A DNA stretch of 64,000 nucleotides from Amoebophrya sp. A120. Taxonomy: Eukaryota > Protista > Dinoflagellata. The stretch spans positions 3,052,515 to 3,116,514 of the forward strand of contig CAJINV010000002.1 in assembly GCA_905178155.1 (NCBI GenBank), in the 5' to 3' direction. A model generated the notes under the pieces. It made no database searches, had not been told where the DNA came from, and was given only the letters and a program-made list of their open reading frames with translations. A program made the position numbers and the translations under genes. This document shows positions 1 to 11,735 of this stretch, piece by piece. How positions within the stretch are numbered: position 1 is the stretch's first letter; the number at the start of each line of letters is the position of its first letter.

Positions 1-3000
1 ATCGAAGACCACAAACCGTATCAAGTGTAAAAATGTCTGGGTCTGGAAGAGTGCATGTTTGCCATGCTTGTCTGGCATGACTCTCAAATCTGTCATGCAC
101 GTTGCCCAAGAGCGCCACTTTTCGTTTTCTGTCATGTAGAAACGCAGTTTGTCATGCAGAATAGGCAACACCTAGAAGCTCAGAAACTTGTCATGCTGAG
201 CGAGCACTTGTGGCCTCCTCATGATACGCCACCCAGCGTCACAAGTTTCCAGACCCAGACACTTTTACTTTTGATAAACCGGAGCAGATGCTGATTTTCC
301 ACGACGGCAGTCGGTTACCGTACTCCATTTACGACGTACGCATTGCAAATATGATGCCTGGGTCTGGAAAAGTGCTGTAACTTGTCATGCTACATCTGGA
401 TCGTGGAAAAATTTGTGTTGCATGATTACCAAAAGAGGTCCACTTTTGAACAAGTTTAGAGGCAGTTTCTCATGCAGGAATGGCATGACTATAGAGATCT
501 CACAGAACCTGTCATGCTAGGCAGTGCGTGCCAGACCGCGTGGGTCATGGAAAACCTGCATGACAAACCTAGCAACTTTCCAGACCCAGACACTTTTGCA
601 TTTGATACGACATGAAAAAGGACCATCCGGACTGTGAATCCTTTGCGGACTACGTGGAAAAAATCGTTTGCAACAGCGACATATCCAGTGCAAAAGTATC
701 GCGCTCGTACCAATTGCAAGTATGCGTGACAAATCTTGTCCTTAAGGTAAAACTGCATGACAAGTTCCAGCTCTCATGCTGAGCAAATTTGTAATGCAAT
801 TGATTGCACTAATACGATACTTTTGCAATGCATACGACATGGTGAAGCACAAGACGATTCTGTGTGAGCAGCGCGATTTCCTGGTGGAATGGAACTACTG
901 TTTTGAAAATGATGTTTACGGAGAAACGAAATCTTCGGAACATCAAATAGATCCGGACTATGCGGACGTCATTACGAAGTCGAGGCAGTTGTCGCAGTGC
1001 GTCAATGTCTGGCTGCGGCTTTTGAAAGCGAGCATTGCGAAGTTTGACAAGAATACGGTGAGTGTTGCCGATTACGTCAAAGCCTTCGAGTTGGATGATT
1101 TGGAACTAGCAGGGGAACGGGAACAACTGGAAGCTCCTGCTGTGAATGAGGAGTCCTTGCACATCCTGCGGGAACGACTTGCAATCATTCGGGAATCGCT
1201 GTATATTATGGGTTTTTCGTGTTTTTTTTCGTCTGAATCTCATGCGGTTTTGCTTTTGTCCTGCACAGTGATCTGTAGTCAACACGCCATGATGTGAACG
1301 ACGTAAATTTTTACAGTTACACTACAAAAACAAATATAAATTATCAATCACAGAACTGCAATCAAGGACGAAGCTTATTGGATATTCCGCGACAGCAGCT
1401 TTGCCTGGATTAACGAATTCTACTACGCCCGGCCGGGGTTGACTTTGCGGGAAACTCTTTTGCAGCGGCCGGTCTTGTTTGATGAGGAGAAGAGACTGAT
1501 CCTCGCAGCTGAAACGGAAGAAACAGAGGAAAGTGGAACCGAAGAAACAGAAGAAAATCAGAAAAACGTCGACTCTTGGTCCTCTTGGTGCGACGGACAT
1601 AGCAGCGGCAAAAAAGCCTCGCCGTATGAGACTAAGAACCGCAAGAACTTCTCCGCTTCCCCGCGACCACCGGACTTTTACTGCAAGCTGACGGATAGTT
1701 TTTCCTATGGGATCCCGTATGATCGGTGGGCCGTTTCGATCGAATATCTGGAAGCGAAGATGAAGCATCTGACGCTGTATGGGCGGTGGAGGTTGGACGA
1801 AATGAGTAAGCCGGTGACGGTGGAGGAAATTTGGGAAAAGCTGAAGCAAGAGCAACAGGTGGATTTGAATTTGTTGAATGAGAAAAATGGTGAACAAGTG
1901 GGACAAGGTCAAGGCAGCGGAGGTACTATCCCCGGTAGCACCACAGTTGTGAAGAGCAACAGGATCAGCAAGGGCTTCGTCGGCAATTACTGGCTCGACC
2001 AAAGTTTCGCAAGAAGACCTGACTCATCTTCTTCCGGTGGGGGTCGTAAACATGGTTTATTGAAGAAAACTATTTCTGTCAAGGCGGAGACGGTAGCTGA
2101 CCTGCTTGGCGACGATAGTGGTCAACTTGTTCCGCAGGATGAGACGACGAAAGTGCCGCAGGAGGAGGGGGCCGTCGAGGTATCACGATTACTTGTTCTA
2201 CTGTGGTTGCAGCGAATGCAAAGTGTTGCGTTCATGTTGCGAAAGGAGCAAGTGTCATGTCTATAATTCCTGGAAGTAGAGCATGCATGTTGTGCATTGC
2301 AGTACTGGTACTGTACGAATCATGATAAGTAAGTAAAAATTCCCATCGAATAGATCCGAAATGAAAATAAATACGAATGAATTAGGTACAGTCGCAAGAA
2401 ATCCTAGCGCCGGAGGTCAACAGCGACCAGAACCCGGATCGCAAAGTCAAGGCCCACCTGCTCCAAGAATTCGAGTCCAGCTTGTTACCACAACACGACG
2501 ATGAGTTATTTCTCAGCCCGCGGGATCAAGAACCTGAGGGTGAGGACAGCAAAAAGTTGTGTACAACTACTGGCGCCGCTGATAAAGCAGATGCAGATGG
2601 GGATGGTCACAACAGCTCTTCCGCCGAGGAGGTGGATGACGGTGAGGAGGTGAAATTCCCCCCCTACGAGAAAAACCGGCTTTACGACGGCGGCAATTTC
2701 GACCCCTCCGTCCCATTCTTAGTGTTTCGCGTGACGAAGATATGCATCGCAAAGTAGGCATCGCGCCACGTATTAATTGCATCACAAGAAATTTGTAAAC
2801 TTTGCAGCAACCTGAAAAGGATTTCTCATGCAGCAGCAGCACAAATACTTAACAATAAGACAAAGAAACCCAAACCGGCAGCGAAACAGCACATCTGTCA
2901 TCGCATGAATGCAATTAAAATACGAGCAGGATACAACTTTTGCAGAAGTTGATAGCAGAAACACGACAGCGGTAGCATGTTCCACTCTTTACGCCTCGCA

Positions 3001-6000
3001 GTGCCGGAGAACTTCATGACGCTGGGGGAGCCGTGCTCCGCCTTGGTCCGCGAACCGGGCACCCATGCGGCGCTGAGTGGGCAGGAGATTATTAAGCAGC
3101 AGGCGGGGCACGGGCGGCTGTATTTCTATGCATTGCAAATCCAAAAGTATCGCTCATCTAGTATAAAATGCATGACAAATTTCTTCAGCATGAGGAATGA
3201 AATTTGTAATGCAGATTTAACTTGACAGAGACATCTGTAATGCATTAATCCGATTAGAAGTACGATACTTTTGCAATTCATAATTTTTCAACGTTGGCGA
3301 TTCCGATTGACGTGGCCAGTCCGGACAGCTTGCCGTTTTACGTTGTATCCAGTGCAAAAGTACCGCACTCCTACTCGTATCGTAATCATGCATCACAAAT
3401 CTTTTTCTTGAGGTGCATCAGCATTACAAATTTCATTTCTCATGCTGAGGGAATTTGTGTTGCATTCATACGACGAGTGCGAGACTTCTGCCATTCATAC
3501 GTTGTGGTGGATAACAAAAAGCTGCTTCCCTGGAAGTGCTCAGCCGATCGATGGGTAACAGACGAGAGGAGCATCAAGCACCAACATGCCGCACGAGGAG
3601 GTAAGATTTGTTTGAAAATCCGTCGTAGAAGTAGTTGCAGAGTCAAGAAAAAGAATTAGAATAGACATAGAGCAGACGCATGGAAACAATAAGAATAACA
3701 CACCATCGTCAAAAAAATCTAACTCACCCTAAGTATAAGTACTTAGAAAATAAACCTGATTTGTTCCTGACATGTGGACCACGGGTGGAATAGAGATTGC
3801 TACATACTTGATCTATCATCACAGGCAACTACATCAAGGATAAAAGAAGTACCACCACCACCTCCTGTTCTTTTTCCGAAGCCCTTCCCAGCGGTCGCTC
3901 CCACGCGGTTTCGTCCTACTTTAAGAAGGGCTATGTCACAGAAGTTTTCTTCGACCTCGACACGGGGGAAGAGTGGCAGGATATTGCAGTGAACAGTGCC
4001 CCCCACCCCCAAAGTTGCAAAAATTTGTAATGCGAAGTTTCCAAATGAAACCTTTTTGTCATGCATGAAAGGAATATGAATCTTTCTGATGCAGATTCTA
4101 GTGTTGTTTCGCATCGCTTGCATGACAAGCACCGCTCTTGCTGGGATCTTTTGCAATACAAACTTTTGCTATTCACGATCGGAAATCTGTGATGCTGATA
4201 CAGAGGGCGAATGTTTCATTTGGAAAGGTTTGCAATGCAAATGCTTTCAAGTTCGGGGGTGGGGGCATTTTTCATTGTAATACAGGAGCCCCGGAATTCC
4301 TTCACCATTCAGGAGTACTGCGACCGGCAGTTCACCCAGCTCAAGAGCGACAAAGACGGGATGTGGGAAAGCGCGCCAAAGCACCGTGCCGACGCGGTAA
4401 AAATGATCGGCTTTCTTCGACAAGGTATGCAATGCAAAAGCATATCAAACTAGTTGTAGTACTCGTTTAATATCGCATTTTTCCAGCTCTGCGTGCGGGT
4501 GCGGAGGACGAGCACGACTAGTACGCTTTCTAATCTCAGTCAGCATGACTACAGGTTTTTTCTTTTTGTATCTTTGCAATTATTTCTGCTAGTACATATA
4601 CATATTACAACAGCAGTGCTGTAAAAACTTTTGCAATGCATACCAGGGCAGATGTGCCCCGTGCAGGTTTGCACAAAGAACATGTTGATGAGTGCCATGG
4701 TGTACCTTCCGCATGTATCAACTGCAAAAATGTCTGGGTTTGGAAGATTGCAACTTTTCATGCTGTTTGTGGACTCTAAAAAAAAATTGTATTGCATGAC
4801 CAGCAAGAGGGGTGGAATTTGTGCTACACGCACAGGGCATTTCTCATGCGGAAGGTCCATCAGGAAGGGTTCTAAAAATCTGTAATGCTAGGGCATACAT
4901 CACAGACTATCATGGGTCATGAGAAATAATATACATAACAAATCTTGCATCCTTCCGGACCCAGACACTTTTGCACTTGATAGCATGTCCGAGCGCAGGA
5001 GAGTCGCATTCAGCGGTTCCGGGAGAACTGGCTCCAGAGGGTTGAAAAAAGAAACTACGAAAAAAACATGAATTACCCACAGAAAAAGAACTATCCCCAT
5101 CCGATTTGTCCTGCAGAGCATGCATGAAAAACAAAAAATCCTGTGTAGTCTGTCGTCCAAAAAATGGATGGGGATTTGGTTGTTTTTCTTCGGATATCCC
5201 GGAAGCAGCTTGGTGGCACAAACAGAATGGTGGAACGAGTTGCACTAGTACCTCTGAGGAAGGCAACATAGAAGGAACTGGAGCATCAACAACTTCGTGG
5301 TATGACTGGAAGAAGGGAACATCAAGTAGAAATGGCTGGGAACAAGGAGCTTCCGGCACCGCTGAAAATGATGAGCTGCAAAAAGAAGCAGAGCAGCATG
5401 AGGAGCAAGACCTGCTAATCCTTGATGACGACGAGGAAAAAAACGATGCTGGAGATGTTGACTCAACCGCAGCAGGTGCTGGTTCACAAAAGCAAAAAAC
5501 CGCCGCCACCACTGCTGAAGAGAAAAATAAAACTCGGCGCCGCCCGTATCCTGAGTAAAAACGTCCCACACCAGAGTCAAGCTGGGAAATCTGCTAGACA
5601 AATCTGTCAGCTTTTGCTGTTGCGCATGACACGTTTGGCCTCGCAGTGTAATCCTGTTTAGCTTGTTCAGCAGCATCACAGTTCTAGCATATCATGCTGA
5701 TTCTAACATCACAAATCCCACAACACGACTAGAGACTGCCTCTCATGGGTCTCCGCATGAGAAACATTTTCAGCATGCCGATTTGCATTACAACTCTGGC
5801 GCGTCAAGCCATCTGCGGCCTGGGGCAGAGGGGGGGGCAAAGTGTGCTGCAATTCCTTTAGCATTACAACTCTGGCGTGGGGACGTTTTTACACAGGATA
5901 GCCCGGTCTTTTTCTATCTCCACGGCGATCAATACCGATCCAAAGTTCACTGCCCCATCACGAAATTGCCCAATTACGCCTACCCGAAAGCGACGGCCGG

Positions 6001-9000
6001 GCCGTTGAAGACTCTGGCGGAAGACTGGCAGTGGTGCCATTTTCACACCAGTTTTGACCACTGGAACAACAAAAACATCACCTTTGACACGTTTGAGCAG
6101 AACTGGAAAGTCTTTTCCTTGCTATCCCAAGCAATTTTGGTGGACCCGATGTGCGACTACAGTTGCTACTGGTTCCGCGGGCCGCCGTGCCGGTGCGACG
6201 CGGATCGGTTCCATCTGGGAATCGCGGAGGCCTTGGCGAAATTGAGGAACATCTTGACCGGCGGCGGGGGAGTTTCAACTGCATCTAAATATGTTGATGC
6301 CAGTAAGAGGACTACAACTTCAACATCTACATCTACAGCACCTCCTCAACATGATGACCCAGCAGCTGCACTCTGCATTCCCGGCGTGGACCTTGGCGGG
6401 GATCCGAGCCGCATCTACCTCTCTGGCGTGTCCATGGGCGGCTACGGGGTGCTGGAGCTCGCCAGTCTATGAACTGCAAATATGTCGGGGTCTGGGAGAT
6501 TGCGAGATTTGTCATGCTAATCTGGCACGGCGACGGCTCTGAGCTCTGTATTGCGTGGCCGCGAAGTAGAAGAGCTTGTCTTGCCTGTCATGCAAAAACG
6601 CAGATTCTCATGGGGAGTACGCAACTCCGAACCACGGTAAAACTTGTCATTTGCTGGGCAGCGCATTAGAGTGCTTTCAGTATAATTCCCTTCCGTGCAT
6701 CACACACAAGTTTCCAGACCCAGCAGACATATTTGCATTTGATACAGTCTGTGGGGCTACAAAAACGTCGCGGGGATTCTCGCGCCCGCGAGCTCCCACG
6801 AAACGCGGGCGATTCCGGAAGCCGAGCATTGGTTTGCGAAGCGGATGCGCAATATCCCAACCTGGTTTTTGCACTGTCCGGGCGACGCGTGGTGCAAGCT
6901 AGAAGAAACGTTGTCTCTGATCGAACGCCTCAAGAAGCTCCACCCACGAGACGTGCGGTTGACTACTATGCATTCGCAAATATGTCTGGGTCTGGAAGGA
7001 TGCAACTTGTGATGCTTCTTCTGGACTCGAAAAAACTCTGTATTGCATAACAGCCAGGAGGCGACGTCCAGTCTGTGCTACGCGGAGACGGCATTTCTCA
7101 TGCGGAAAAAGCATCAGAAAGCCCTCTAAAAATCTGCGATGCTAGGTCAAGAATTACAGGCGTCATGGGTCCTGCCAAATATGCATGACAAACTTGGCAA
7201 TCATCTTTCAGACCCAGACATAGTTGCAATGCATAGCTACCGCGTCGAAGCAATCTTCCCGTGAGTTTTTCCACTTTTCCGGGCACAGTTCCCCCGGGTA
7301 CGCAAACGAATCGCTGGCCGCTTTGAAGTGGCTGTTCGGGTACCGCAGCTACAAAAACGTGCGGAGCAGTTGCACAACGTCCTCATCAATCAAGAACAAA
7401 GTTTCATCATTGGGTGTAGCTGTACCCCATCAGGAACCTCCGCAGCCGTCAGTTGTGGATGTGGAGAAGGAGATCGCGCCGCTCATGTACTTATGCAATG
7501 CAAAAGGACCGTAGTACTCGTAGTAATGCATCACAAATTTCCTCAGCACGAGAAAGAAAATTTGTCATGCGGATCTACTTTAAGAAAAAAATTTGTAATG
7601 CATGACTGCAATTCCAATCACTACGAGTGCGATACTTTTGCACAGGATAGTACTGGCGACCGTCGAAAACTTGCTATCCGTGGAACGGGGAGCAGATATC
7701 AAGCGCAAAAGTATCGTACTCGTATGTTGAAAAATTCTTGCAATCGTGCATGACAAACATCTTTCCCGACCTGAATCCGCATCACAAACTGCACTTTTCC
7801 TTTTGTTCTTGCCAAAAGCAAAATTTGTGATGCAATTCACAGTAGTTTCGATGCTTTTGCGATGCATAGCAGATCACGAATTACTACTGGAAGTACTTAG
7901 AGGAGCAGTACTTTGACATGGCAAAATACGACGGGTCTGATGTGCTTTGGAAGGTGTCGGAGCCGGCGCGAAAAACAATTACGAAGTCCAGTGCTGGTGG
8001 TGCCACTGGTAGTCCTAGTCCAGCAGGAGGACGAGAAGCCGGGTATGGTGAAGAAAAACCATCCACAGAAAAATCGCAAGCGAAACATAAGGAGGCCGAG
8101 GATGAGGAACAACGAGTAGATAATAGCCAGCGTGACCACGACGACGAGTCTGATCGAAGAACGTCCGCTAAGGCCCACCGGATGAACAAGCTGCTGTTCT
8201 ATTCTCCGACAGGTGCTAATACAGGGGAAGAGCAAGATGAAATCGAAATGACGACGAGTGGGCTCGAACTCGTGGAAGCTGCTGCTCCTGCTGCTGCTGG
8301 AAGTAGTCGGGATGGAGACAAGAAGTACGATCTTGGTGAAGATGTCCCAGCACAAGGTCGTGATGCAGGAGATCAGGGGCACGGCGAGGAGGAGAAATTT
8401 AGATTCTTCGACGGCGTCGAGGAAGATGATTTGAAGATGCTGGAGCAACACGTTGATTGGGAAGGCGGAAGCAATTCGAAGAATAAGACACCAACAAGTA
8501 GTGATGACCGTGCAGCTCCTCCTACCGCTGTTCAGAATCTTCTGAAGAGCAGTCCTCCAGTTGCTGAGCAGTTGGACAATCTTTTCGGCGGCGGAACAAG
8601 TGGTGAGGGTGATGCTGGACCACAGAAAGACGTCGACATCGACATCCTTGGCGCCAGCCGGGAGTCGATCAAGGCAGAGTTGCTTGGAACTACAGGGGAC
8701 AAGAACGTCGGAGGTCGAGCATCAACTACAACTCGAGTTGATGTTCTACCTGGGACGTCTGAGGGAAAGAACCGAACCCAAAAAATGCCCAACGAACTCG
8801 ATCTCGCCAGCCCACCGTTGCAGATCAACCATCCGGGTAGAGGCCTGAGTGGCAAAGACGATGATGTAGAGGATCATACACATACTGAAGACGGGCTACA
8901 GGAAGTAGATCTCCTCGGCGGCGGGCCCGGCGAAGATGAGAATTATGCAACGGGCAGTGCAGCAGCAGCGAGAAAGAAAAAGGGCAAGAAGAACAAGCGC

Positions 9001-10449
9001 ACGAGCAGCAAGAGTCGCCGGTCCTCGCAGGCAAGCAGTGTGGAGGAGATGGCAGCTACTGGCAGAAAAGAACAGTACGACGAAGAGAATTATGCCTCCG
9101 AGTCAAGAAATAGAAACTCGTACTTAACAAAAGATGACGCCACCGCAGCCGCAGCAAGTAAAAGTCGAGGATGGCATCATGACAATGATCAGGACGAGAA
9201 GAACTACAAATCTGCTCAGCATCAAGAGAATGTTGACAAGGGGTGGAAAGACGATTGGAAATCCAAATCTTTTTCGTCAGATAAGAAGGAAAACAGCAGT
9301 TACGAAAATAAAAGCGACAAAGCAGTAGAGTGGCAGCATGACAAAAAGAACAAGAACTGGAATGAGAAAGATTGGAATTATGATCATGGGAAAAAGATGA
9401 GCGATAAAGATAACAACTCAAGATGGGAGAAGAACAACGATCGCTGGAATAAACAGCACGAAAGTAAGGATGACGACAAAAAGCAAGATTATAACGACAC
9501 CTACTACAACAAACAAGAAGCGCCTTCCAGCAGTTACACCTACAACAAAACTCGAAACTACGACGCTCGCTCCAGCCCGGCAATATCCGACAGATCTTGG
9601 AATAGTGGAGCAGGGTCGTCCTACAATCAGCAGGGCGGCGGAGGACGAGAAGGGGGTGAGGATTACAAGAATCACCAGTGGCAAGGAACTACAAACAGCA
9701 AAGAAAAGAGCGGGTACGCTGAGAAAAAGCAAAATTGGTCAGCGTCGTCTCCTGGCTGGAATAACAAAGAGGACGGTGAAAAGAAGACATCTTCATCTGG
9801 CGCTGTCGAGGACATGAGTAAGAAGTGGTCGGACTGGAAGCAGGAGGGAACCGATTCATCTTGGAAAAAGCAGGACCATCAAAATGAGAATTGGAAAAAA
9901 GACGATTGGAAAAAAGACGATTGGAAAAAAGACGATTGGAAAAGAGACGATTGGAAAAGAGACGATTGGAAAAAAGACGGAAAAGATGATTGGAAGAGCG
10001 ACGGAAAGGCGGACTGGAAGAAAGACGGAAAGGCAGATTGGAAGAAGAACGGGAAGGAAGATTGGAAAAAAGGCGGCGATAGTAGTTGGAAGAAAAGCAA
10101 TGCCGACCTCGACGATGAATGTGCGGATAATTTCTACCACGAGAAAGATTCTTGGAAGACGTCGAGTTACGGTGATAGTAAGGATGAAAACAAGCCGCGG
10201 CGGCACCAGAATACATCTAGTCAAGCGGCGGGTGCCTCAACCCAGGATGTCCGAGGAGACTTCAAGCACGAGGAGAAAGACGACCGGACGAACCACGGGA
10301 TCAAGCGGGGCTATGACCGGCGGGGGGGTGGTGCAGGTGCACCTGCAGGTGGTGATCAGGATTGGAAAAAGGACTGGTCCTCCGGCGCTTCGTGGGGGGA
10401 GAAGAGGGACGGCTATGATCATTTCCGAAAAAAGGAGGACAAGTGGTGA
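1..10449 (+). CDS. Large multi-exon protein (5' end outside window) with a central alpha/beta-hydrolase (esterase/peptidase-like) domain and a low-complexity W/K/D-rich C-terminus; 15 introners and 3 GT-AG introns (1201-1353, 2180-2385, 3601-3824)
   Basis: Frame is continuous from base 1 to the stop at 10449 after removing each element plus one DR. Motifs PVFFYLHG, DPSRIYLSGVSMGGYG (GxSxG), IPTWFLHCPGD and SGHSS...KWLF give a Ser-Asp-His triad. Confidence 0.8.
19..276. mobile_element. Introner family A (TIR TATCAAGTGTAAAAATGTCTGGGTCTGGAA)
   Basis: TAT..ATA ends, ~30-bp TIR, DR AACCG/AACCG; frame restored (HKPEQM). Confidence 0.9.
337..607. mobile_element. Introner family A
   Basis: TAC..ATA, DR CGACG/CGACA; closely similar to 55830-56108. 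Confidence 0.88.
682..834. mobile_element. Introner family B (TIR TAT..TGCAAAAGTATCG)
   Basis: DR CGACA/CGACA; frame restored (SDMVKH). Confidence 0.9.
2741..2954. mobile_element. Introner family B, degenerate
   Basis: DR GAAGA/GCAGA; frame restored. Confidence 0.75.
3127..3282. mobile_element. Introner family B
   Basis: DR ATTTC/ATTTT; frame restored. Confidence 0.85.
3346..3499. mobile_element. Introner family B (in frame and stop-free if retained)
   Basis: DR CGTTG/CGTTG; 154+5=159 nt. Confidence 0.88.
3982..4282. mobile_element. Introner family C (C-run/G-run TIR)
   Basis: TATTGCAGTGAACAGTGCCCCCCACCCCC / GGGGGTGGGGGCATTTTTCATTGTAATA; DR CAGGA/CAGGA. Confidence 0.9.
4426..4642. mobile_element. 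Introner family B-like with diverged interior
   Basis: TIR TATGCAATGCAAAAG / CTTTTGCAATGCATA; DR CAAGG/CCAGG. Confidence 0.8.
4716..4982. mobile_element. Introner family A
   Basis: DR GCATG/GCATG. Confidence 0.9.
5074..5196. mobile_element. Introner family D, decayed
   Basis: TACCCACAGAAAAAG..CCCCATCC / GGATGGGG..TTTTTCTTCGGATA; DR eroded, but removing element+5 restores the frame. Confidence 0.65.
5547..5900. mobile_element. Introner family E
   Basis: TATCCTGAGTAAAAACGTCCCACACCAGAGT / ACTCTGGCGTGGGGACGTTTTTACACAGGATA; DR GCCCG/GCCCG. Confidence 0.9.
6468..6744. mobile_element. Introner family A
   Basis: DR CAGTC/CAGTC; interrupts the hydrolase domain. Confidence 0.9.
6967..7235. mobile_element. 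Introner family A
   Basis: DR ACTAC/GCTAC. Confidence 0.88.
7492..7649. mobile_element. Introner family B
   Basis: DR GTACT/GTACT. Confidence 0.9.
7697..7868. mobile_element. Introner family B
   Basis: DR GCAGA/GCAGA; joins upstream exons to ORF 7918-10449. Confidence 0.88.
9891..10075 (+). repeat. Coding tandem repeat: 15-bp unit (WKKDD/WKRDD) x6 grading into a 24-bp unit (WKKDGKAD-like)
   Basis: TTGGAAAA(A/G)AGACGA tandem array read directly. Confidence 0.9.
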
Positions 10450-11735
10450 ACAGCAAGGTGAGACACGTGTGACGCGGATTGTTGCCACAGCATGATAGAT
10501 ATACGATGATGCTAGTAAAAAAGTGCCATGAGGTTGAGGTAGAAGTTCAAGTTACAGAGCTGTCCCAACGGCGATGGTGGTCTTCATCATCATCTTGCGC
10601 CCGGAATTGATATTTCCAAGAAGGAACAGCAACAAAGCGCTTTTGTTTCACGATTCAATCCTTTGAAATGCCCGGCATGCCCGGATGCCGGAAGAACGCA
10701 GCTCTCACGTTAGTAGGACTAGGAACTACACTTCTACCAGTTTATGAACATTACTTAAGCAGGAGCACCAGTCTCAATCTCGTGTGCGCATCGCAAGCGA
10801 CGTCCACTCGGTGTTTCAAGTAAATCCTGAGACAGTCTGTCTTGACTATTAACGTGTATCTTTTCAGAATCAGATTCAGACTCCACCTTTCATTGACGAA
10901 ATAAAGAAATAGCTATCGGTCGCTTGCCTCATGCTTGGACAAAGATCCTTGCGTGACAGAATGTCTCGGTATGCCATTGGTATCTCTACTTATATCAGTG
11001 TCATCTTGCTTTCATCGATTTCGGTTCGTCCGATAGCTTGATGTTGATGCACACATCATCTGCAGAAACAGGTTTTCTGCTTCGTACACGCAAGAGTCGC
11101 AGCTTTCAATTTCGTGCAAGAGACATGCTTTCGATTATTTCGTCCATTTGTCCTTTCTAAAAATGTTGAAATTTCTTTATCGCAGCTTTGCATCTCTCTA
11201 TAGAACAAGCAGCTACCTATGTGCTTCCATTATTTTTTCACACCGATTCAACTGCCGCCACCATTGTTGTCCTCTACTATTTTCGCGTGTCGCTCTTTTC
11301 CCCGCACAGGACCTGGTGACCCAAAAGCACGCACAAAACAAAACTCGCCTGTTCATTTCATGAGCGCGCGAGAGCAGAACCTCCTCCTGAGTATTTCCCA
11401 AGAAAGCCTTCAAATCAAACAATGACAATCACAGAACTGCTTCACGTGTAGTTGGCGATGATAGAATTAGAAATTGCTTTTTTCATAGATAACGCTCCTG
11501 TGTTACTTACACGAATAAACACCATCAGCAAGCTGTAACGGAAAAACTCGCATTGTTTTGAAGATCTTGAGTGTGTTACAAGCACAGCTGCCAAACAACT
11601 GGCGCGTGGTAGTCAAACAACTTCATCAACTGCCGAGTCGGACTCATCGGCCCAAATAGATTTCAATTTCATACACATCGCTTTGGTCTTGGTCGTGTAT
11701 TTTTTTAGTGTACTACCTGTAACTGTGATTTCATC

